Sequence record: SRR31156797_15621 | DNA: 41,960 bases | Strand: one strand, 5' to 3' | In this document: in pieces, positions 37,801 to 41,960 of the stretch | How positions within the stretch are numbered: the first letter of the stretch is position 1 | Layout of the letters: each line of letters starts with the position of its first letter | Position numbers and translations under genes: made by a program | Notes under the pieces: generated by a model | Databases searched by the model: none | Told to the model about the DNA's origin: nothing | Seen by the model: only the letters and a program-made list of their open reading frames with translations

Positions 37801-38811
37801 GTTTCATGGGAAGCGGGATACGATGATCAGCAGGCCAGTTTATGGATCGATCTCAATTCCAATAAGGAGTTTGAGGATGATGAACGTTTAATCACAAATT
37901 TCCCGATCGTCAACGAAGGTCAGGTTTACACCACTGATTTTACAGTTCCGGAATCAGTAAACGGAGGAATCAAGAGGCTGAGAATTCGTGCGAACTGGCA
38001 GAATGAAGCCTTAGACCCCTGTGAAGACTGGAGCTATGGAGAAACAGAGGATTACACCGTTGACCTTGGTGACGGTGTGCTTGCGATCAACCTCGATTGC
38101 GACCCTGATGAAATTTGTGAGGGCAGTTCTGCACAGCTATATGCCTATTGCAATGGCGGAAGCGGAAATTACACCTATCTTTGGTCACCGGCTGAAAGTC
38201 TGGACGATCCAACAGCACAGAATCCCATTGCCTCACCTGCTGAAACCACGATGTACACCTGCGAGGTAAATGATGGTGTTACAACGGTGAGCAATACGAT
38301 GGAACTTGTGGTAAATCCAATACCGGAAACACCTTTCATTTATCTTGACGGAGAAACCCTGTATTCTGATGCTGCCCAGGGCAACCAGTGGTACGACAGT
38401 CAGGGCCCGATTTCCGGGGCTACCGGACAAACCTATACCTGTACCTGGGAAGATGTTTATCATGTTGTGGTTACCAATGATTTCGATTGTGAATCTGATC
38501 CTTCAAACAGCATACATGTTGTGGTTTCCGGAATTGTTGATTTAGAAGCTGAAGGAGGCCTGAACATATTCCCCAATCCGTTTAACGAAGCTGTAAATAT
38601 TTCCATTAAACTTGAGCAGGGAATCCATTATAAGCTGGCCATTTTCAATGCCATTGGCCAGGAAATAATCACGGTTTCAGATAACCGTTCAGCAACCGGG
38701 GAGATGGAAAAATTTGAGATTTCATCAGCATCACTCGAAAAAGGAATCTATTTTTGCAAATTGGTTACCGGTAATAAGGTGACCATCAGGAAAATGATCC
38801 ATACGAAATAA
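34876..38811 (+). CDS. Gingipain-like C25 cysteine peptidase with propeptide, GEVED-like domain and T9SS CTD
   Basis: GEPMLP...LVYNPV propeptide; LGGD, DLYY..LDG, EIGIGRF, HHVGHA (His), SHGCICG (Cys), NLLGD; WIDLNSNKEFE...GETEDY; CTD IFPNPF...GIYFCKL...RKMI. Confidence 0.9.
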   Translation: MKKVLLALTIILFFAGTISAEVIEKTYHFSNPDITTINGYHQVSFSGTMLTGHTGEPMLPYQAVSILLPPGHAAKQIEIIPSGLITLDGNFTLYPMQYSQPMSKGGSGIFVLKEEVYQTDAAYPAQLQGEITTQFMNGFALAMSTFTPLVYNPVSGMVSYYGSVTVKITTTTDERARAALQNLRDETQISNRLLDIAQNAEAIDSYPAMDARSDDYELLIITPSTFADGFDQLVEFYAPRGIIAQVAVTDDIYASMPGQDNQEKIRNYIIQEYQAHGIQHVTLGGDVEHIPYRGFYCTVQSSSVYESNDIPADLYYCGLDGTWNDDGDNNWGEIGEDDLLPEIGIGRFSVSDQNEFDALMNKTLMYQESPVEGELANPLLVGEWLYSNPTTYGSDYLELLIGHHEDNGYTTDGIPENQDIEKLYESESSWSASTLMNQMNQGTSFIHHVGHANSGYTMKFYNSDITNGNFSGINGATHNYALIYSHGCICGAFDDSDCIAEKMITIENLAVAVYMNSRYGWFNEGQTEGPAQHINRELVDAFYNDKEAHLGMAYTIARIATAPWVTAPGQWEEGALRWNFYDCNLLGDAAVRFWSDEPTDITTTYQDALPIGVPSMSVSVSGNGNLEGLYCNFMMNGMSYGVAQTDASGQAEIIFTEQITELGDAMLYVSGYNTHLHEYPLTVIPNNGAYVIYASSEINDASGNNNGQADYTESILLTTTLENVGTVQADNVIASLATTDQYITITDDTEDFGNIPGGSTVSMEDAFAFDIAGDIPDQHSVAFTVTADGQDTWASGFTVTVNAPQLAMDSYYFDDAITGNNNGILDPGETADMVVMGINNGHAEAYDVSAMITSNDQYITVNTGSAQELGDMEMNETGEVVFSVTADENTPAGYIASVSIVFEAMYDISNEEEIALNFTDFCFPSASCSYGDGFTGFALESIDNMDNGCSNDNGIDGYGDFTDMSTTLEPGQTYTVSWEAGYDDQQASLWIDLNSNKEFEDDERLITNFPIVNEGQVYTTDFTVPESVNGGIKRLRIRANWQNEALDPCEDWSYGETEDYTVDLGDGVLAINLDCDPDEICEGSSAQLYAYCNGGSGNYTYLWSPAESLDDPTAQNPIASPAETTMYTCEVNDGVTTVSNTMELVVNPIPETPFIYLDGETLYSDAAQGNQWYDSQGPISGATGQTYTCTWEDVYHVVVTNDFDCESDPSNSIHVVVSGIVDLEAEGGLNIFPNPFNEAVNISIKLEQGIHYKLAIFNAIGQEIITVSDNRSATGEMEKFEISSASLEKGIYFCKLVTGNKVTIRKMIHTK

Positions 38812-38814
38812 TAA

Positions 38815-38849
38815 AACTCATACGATGACTCTGAGTCATCGTATGAGTT
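38815..38849. repeat. Perfect 35-bp palindrome (REP-like) between the two C25 genes
   Basis: AACTCATACGATGACTC-T-GAGTCATCGTATGAGTT, 17-bp arms with no mismatch. Confidence 0.9.
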
Positions 38850-38951
38850 ATTATACCAATTTGTTAAATATTTGTTAAACCACTTCAAATTAATTGTATA
38901 CCAAGACCTTTTAATAATTTTATCACTGAATTTAAAACAAATCATTCAAAC

Positions 38952-41900
38952 ATGAAAAAACTTACACTTTTACTCATTAGCTTAGTAACACTTAGCACTG
39001 CTTTTTCACAAAAAAGCTGGGTTTCATTTATGGGAACACAGCAACCCGAGCAGGCTGAATTATCTATTATTGAATCCAGTCAACAGGGGATGACCATCCA
39101 GGTGAACGTCCCGGGTATGTACCTGCAGGAACTTACTCAGGAAGATATGACCTTCCAGCATATCAGCCTTTTTGATGGTAAAACAACCAAAGCCGTTGGC
39201 CGTCCTGAATTACCTATGATCAACGAGGTGATTGGTATTCCGGGAAATCTAAAAGTTTCCTACAACATCATCCAAATGGAAACGACCACGTTGAGTGGAT
39301 ATAATATTTATCCGTTTCAGACCCCCACAACCGATAACCCGGGTGGGCACGATAAGAAATTTGTGATGGATAAAGCATTTTATAGCAAAGATGCCAGCTA
39401 TCCTTCAGAAAATGTGATAATGGATCAGCCCCAGATCTGGCGTGATGTAAAACTCACAAACCTTCACGTAACTCCATTTAGCTACAATCCTGCACGGCAG
39501 GAACTCACAGCCATTACAAAACTGGTTGTTGAGGTTGAGTTTTCAGGTGTGGACGAAGCCATGACTTTTAATCCTGATATGGAGCTGACACCCAAATTCT
39601 ACAACATGTACGAATCAGCCATTCCAAACTTTGGTGACCTGGGTTATGTGTTGACCTACCGCGAAGAACCGGGTGTTAAATACCTTGTAATTACCAATGA
39701 TGAGGCTGTTGATGCCATCCAGCCACTGGTTGACTGGAAAAATCAGATGGGCCATACCGTTGAGGTCAGAACACTCGAATCCGGATTTGAAGACCCACAG
39801 GATTTCAAAACGTATATTACCGAGTTGTATGATACAGATGGATTGGAATATGTACTGATGGTTGGTGATGCTTATCCAAACGGCGGATCAGGCGGTGGCC
39901 CAAACATTGTTCCGATGTTTTACTGGGCTCCCGGCGGCGAGGATGCTTCTTATTCCGACAGCTGGTACACTTGTCTCGACGGCCCGGACGATCATTATGC
40001 CGATCTGGCCATTGGTCGTTTTGTTTATGATAATAATTCACTGGATGAATTGGAACTCCAGATCAACAAAACCATGACACATTACATGGCACCGGATGTT
40101 TCGGACAACTGGGCAGAAAACACCATCCTTATTGCACACAAAGAGCAATATCCGGGTAAATACACCCAATGCTGCAATGAAATTGCATCATTCGATTATG
40201 CGATTCAAACACCAATTTTTGAAAAGGCCTATGGCGGCGAAGGTTATACAAATTCAGAGGTAGTCGAGTTTGTGAATGAAACCGGTGTTGGTATCTTCAA
40301 TTACCGTGGCCATGGTAGCCAAACCCAATTGTGGGACTGGACCAATTCAGGGCCTTCACATTTTACTGCTGCTGAGGTTTCACAGCTCAACAATGTAGAT
40401 CGCTTATTCGTGTTCTTTGACGTTTGTTGCGATAACATGGACATCGTTGGTTATAACGGCGAATGCCTCTGTGAATCTTTCATGAAGCATGAAACCGGTT
40501 CTGTAGCTGTTAACGGGGCCATCATTCCATCCTATACCATCCCAAATCACGATTATGATAAGGAGATGTACAAGGCAGTATTCGAGGAAAATATCACCAC
40601 AGTAGGTTATATTACCAATTTTGCTAACGTTGTCGTCCTGAATGATCATGGTAATTTAGGCCGCTCAAATGTAAGAACCTATCTTTGGTTAGGCGACGCT
40701 TCCATTGAGCCCTGGACCATGCAACCGATGGATTTGACTGTTTCGCACGACGAGCAGCTATTCCTTGGTGTTACTGAATTTACTGTTACTGTTGTTGGCC
40801 AGAGTGGGCCTGAAGAAGGTGCCATGGTTTGCGTCACCAACGAAGACCAGTCTGTTTATGCTGTTGCTTATACTGATGCTTCAGGTGTGGCGCTGGTTAC
40901 ATTTGACGAGGCTGTTCAGACTCCGGGAGATGCCACAGTAACCGTTACTTCACACAATTACCTGCCATACCAGGCCGTATTACCTGTAATTCCACAGGAA
41001 GGTCCTTATGTGGTTAAAGACAGCTATGAACTTAACGATGTTGAAGGTGGAAACGGAAACGGCCTGATGGATTATGCTGAATCAATCCTGATGTCACTTT
41101 CAGTGAAAAACGTAGGTATCCAGACTGCCGAAAATGTTGTTGTAACCGTTGCTACTGAAGATGAATATGTTACCGTTACTGATGGCGTAGAAAACTTTGG
41201 TGATGTTGAACCTGACGAAATCGTAACAGTTTCCGACGGGTTTGCTTTTGATGTAGCCGAAGACCTTCCCGATGGCCATGCAGTTATTTTTGATGTAATT
41301 GCTTCAGATGGCACCGACAGCTGGGGAAGTACTGTTGTGATCACGGGCCATGCACCAGTCCTGGAAATGGGCGATTATATGATCGATGATGCCAGCGGAA
41401 ATGGCAACGGTAAACTTGATCCGGGTGAAACAGCATCAATGACTGTTTATTTGAATAATACAGGTTCAGCTGCAGCTTACGATATTATGGGCGAACTTTC
41501 AGCCAATGATCCGTACCTTACAGTCAACACAACCGATCCACAGGAATATGGTGATGTTGATCCTGAAGGACAGGGTATGGCGATGTTCGAAGTTTCCGCA
41601 GATATGGCTACACCTGCAGGCCACATGGCCATGCTGGATTTTGAAGCTGCAGGCATGTATGATATTTCAACGATGGGCGAATTTTCCGTTGTTATCGGAC
41701 AGATTCCGGTTGTAATTATCGACCTTGACGAAAATACAAGCTCAGGTACAGTAATGCTCGAAACCATGAACACCATGGAAATCAGTGCAGATTATGTTAC
41801 CGCAATCCCCGAGGAGCTAACACTTTATTCATCTGCATTTGTTTGCCTTGGAGTGTATAGCAGTAACCATGTGCTGTCCAGCACGGAAGGTCAGCAACTT

Positions 41901-41960
41901 GCTGAATTCCTTGAAGCTGGCGGTATGTTGTATATGGAAGGTGGCGACACCTGGTATTAT
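38952..41960 (+). CDS. Second gingipain-like C25 cysteine peptidase, 3'-truncated by the window end (not in ORF track)
   Basis: Manual translation from ATG 38952 (MKKLTLLLISLVTLSTAFSQ signal peptide); GRPELP...FSYNP propeptide, KYLVIT, YVLMVGD, DLAIGRF, FNYRGHG (His), FDVCCDN (Cys), WLGD; in frame with LYMEGGDTWYY at the window end (1003 codons). Confidence 0.9.
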   Translation, partial: MKKLTLLLISLVTLSTAFSQKSWVSFMGTQQPEQAELSIIESSQQGMTIQVNVPGMYLQELTQEDMTFQHISLFDGKTTKAVGRPELPMINEVIGIPGNLKVSYNIIQMETTTLSGYNIYPFQTPTTDNPGGHDKKFVMDKAFYSKDASYPSENVIMDQPQIWRDVKLTNLHVTPFSYNPARQELTAITKLVVEVEFSGVDEAMTFNPDMELTPKFYNMYESAIPNFGDLGYVLTYREEPGVKYLVITNDEAVDAIQPLVDWKNQMGHTVEVRTLESGFEDPQDFKTYITELYDTDGLEYVLMVGDAYPNGGSGGGPNIVPMFYWAPGGEDASYSDSWYTCLDGPDDHYADLAIGRFVYDNNSLDELELQINKTMTHYMAPDVSDNWAENTILIAHKEQYPGKYTQCCNEIASFDYAIQTPIFEKAYGGEGYTNSEVVEFVNETGVGIFNYRGHGSQTQLWDWTNSGPSHFTAAEVSQLNNVDRLFVFFDVCCDNMDIVGYNGECLCESFMKHETGSVAVNGAIIPSYTIPNHDYDKEMYKAVFEENITTVGYITNFANVVVLNDHGNLGRSNVRTYLWLGDASIEPWTMQPMDLTVSHDEQLFLGVTEFTVTVVGQSGPEEGAMVCVTNEDQSVYAVAYTDASGVALVTFDEAVQTPGDATVTVTSHNYLPYQAVLPVIPQEGPYVVKDSYELNDVEGGNGNGLMDYAESILMSLSVKNVGIQTAENVVVTVATEDEYVTVTDGVENFGDVEPDEIVTVSDGFAFDVAEDLPDGHAVIFDVIASDGTDSWGSTVVITGHAPVLEMGDYMIDDASGNGNGKLDPGETASMTVYLNNTGSAAAYDIMGELSANDPYLTVNTTDPQEYGDVDPEGQGMAMFEVSADMATPAGHMAMLDFEAAGMYDISTMGEFSVVIGQIPVVIIDLDENTSSGTVMLETMNTMEISADYVTAIPEELTLYSSAFVCLGVYSSNHVLSSTEGQQLAEFLEAGGMLYMEGGDTWYY

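Overview
A 42-kb chromosomal window from a Bacteroidota organism, most likely Bacteroidales. The evidence is T9SS C-terminal domains, TAnnTTTG -7 promoter boxes and lipoboxes. Housekeeping and metabolic genes are pepE, purD, rnhB, sqr, a yqhD-like ADH, sodB, plsC and tdk. Transporters are AbgT, DAACS, an SLC45/GPH-type MFS and a TetR-TetR-TolC-MFP-RND efflux locus. There is also a lone DUF1016/YhcG nuclease-family gene. The window ends in a run of three large, acidic secreted proteases: one S8 and two gingipain-like C25. The last C25 runs off the window end and is absent from the ORF track. The most notable unannotated signals are: (1) a 53-aa amphipathic small ORF directly behind sqr; (2) a duplicated DNA palindrome inside the yhcG coding sequence that is read in two different frames; (3) a ~435-bp nested foldback element with four REP-like hairpins downstream of sodB, plus other REP-like palindromes; (4) a tandem DxxGNxNGxxD(P/Y)xE stalk module shared by all three proteases. 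I saw no rRNA, tRNA, CRISPR array or transposase. All calls come from reading the sequence and recalling family motifs; no searches were run.
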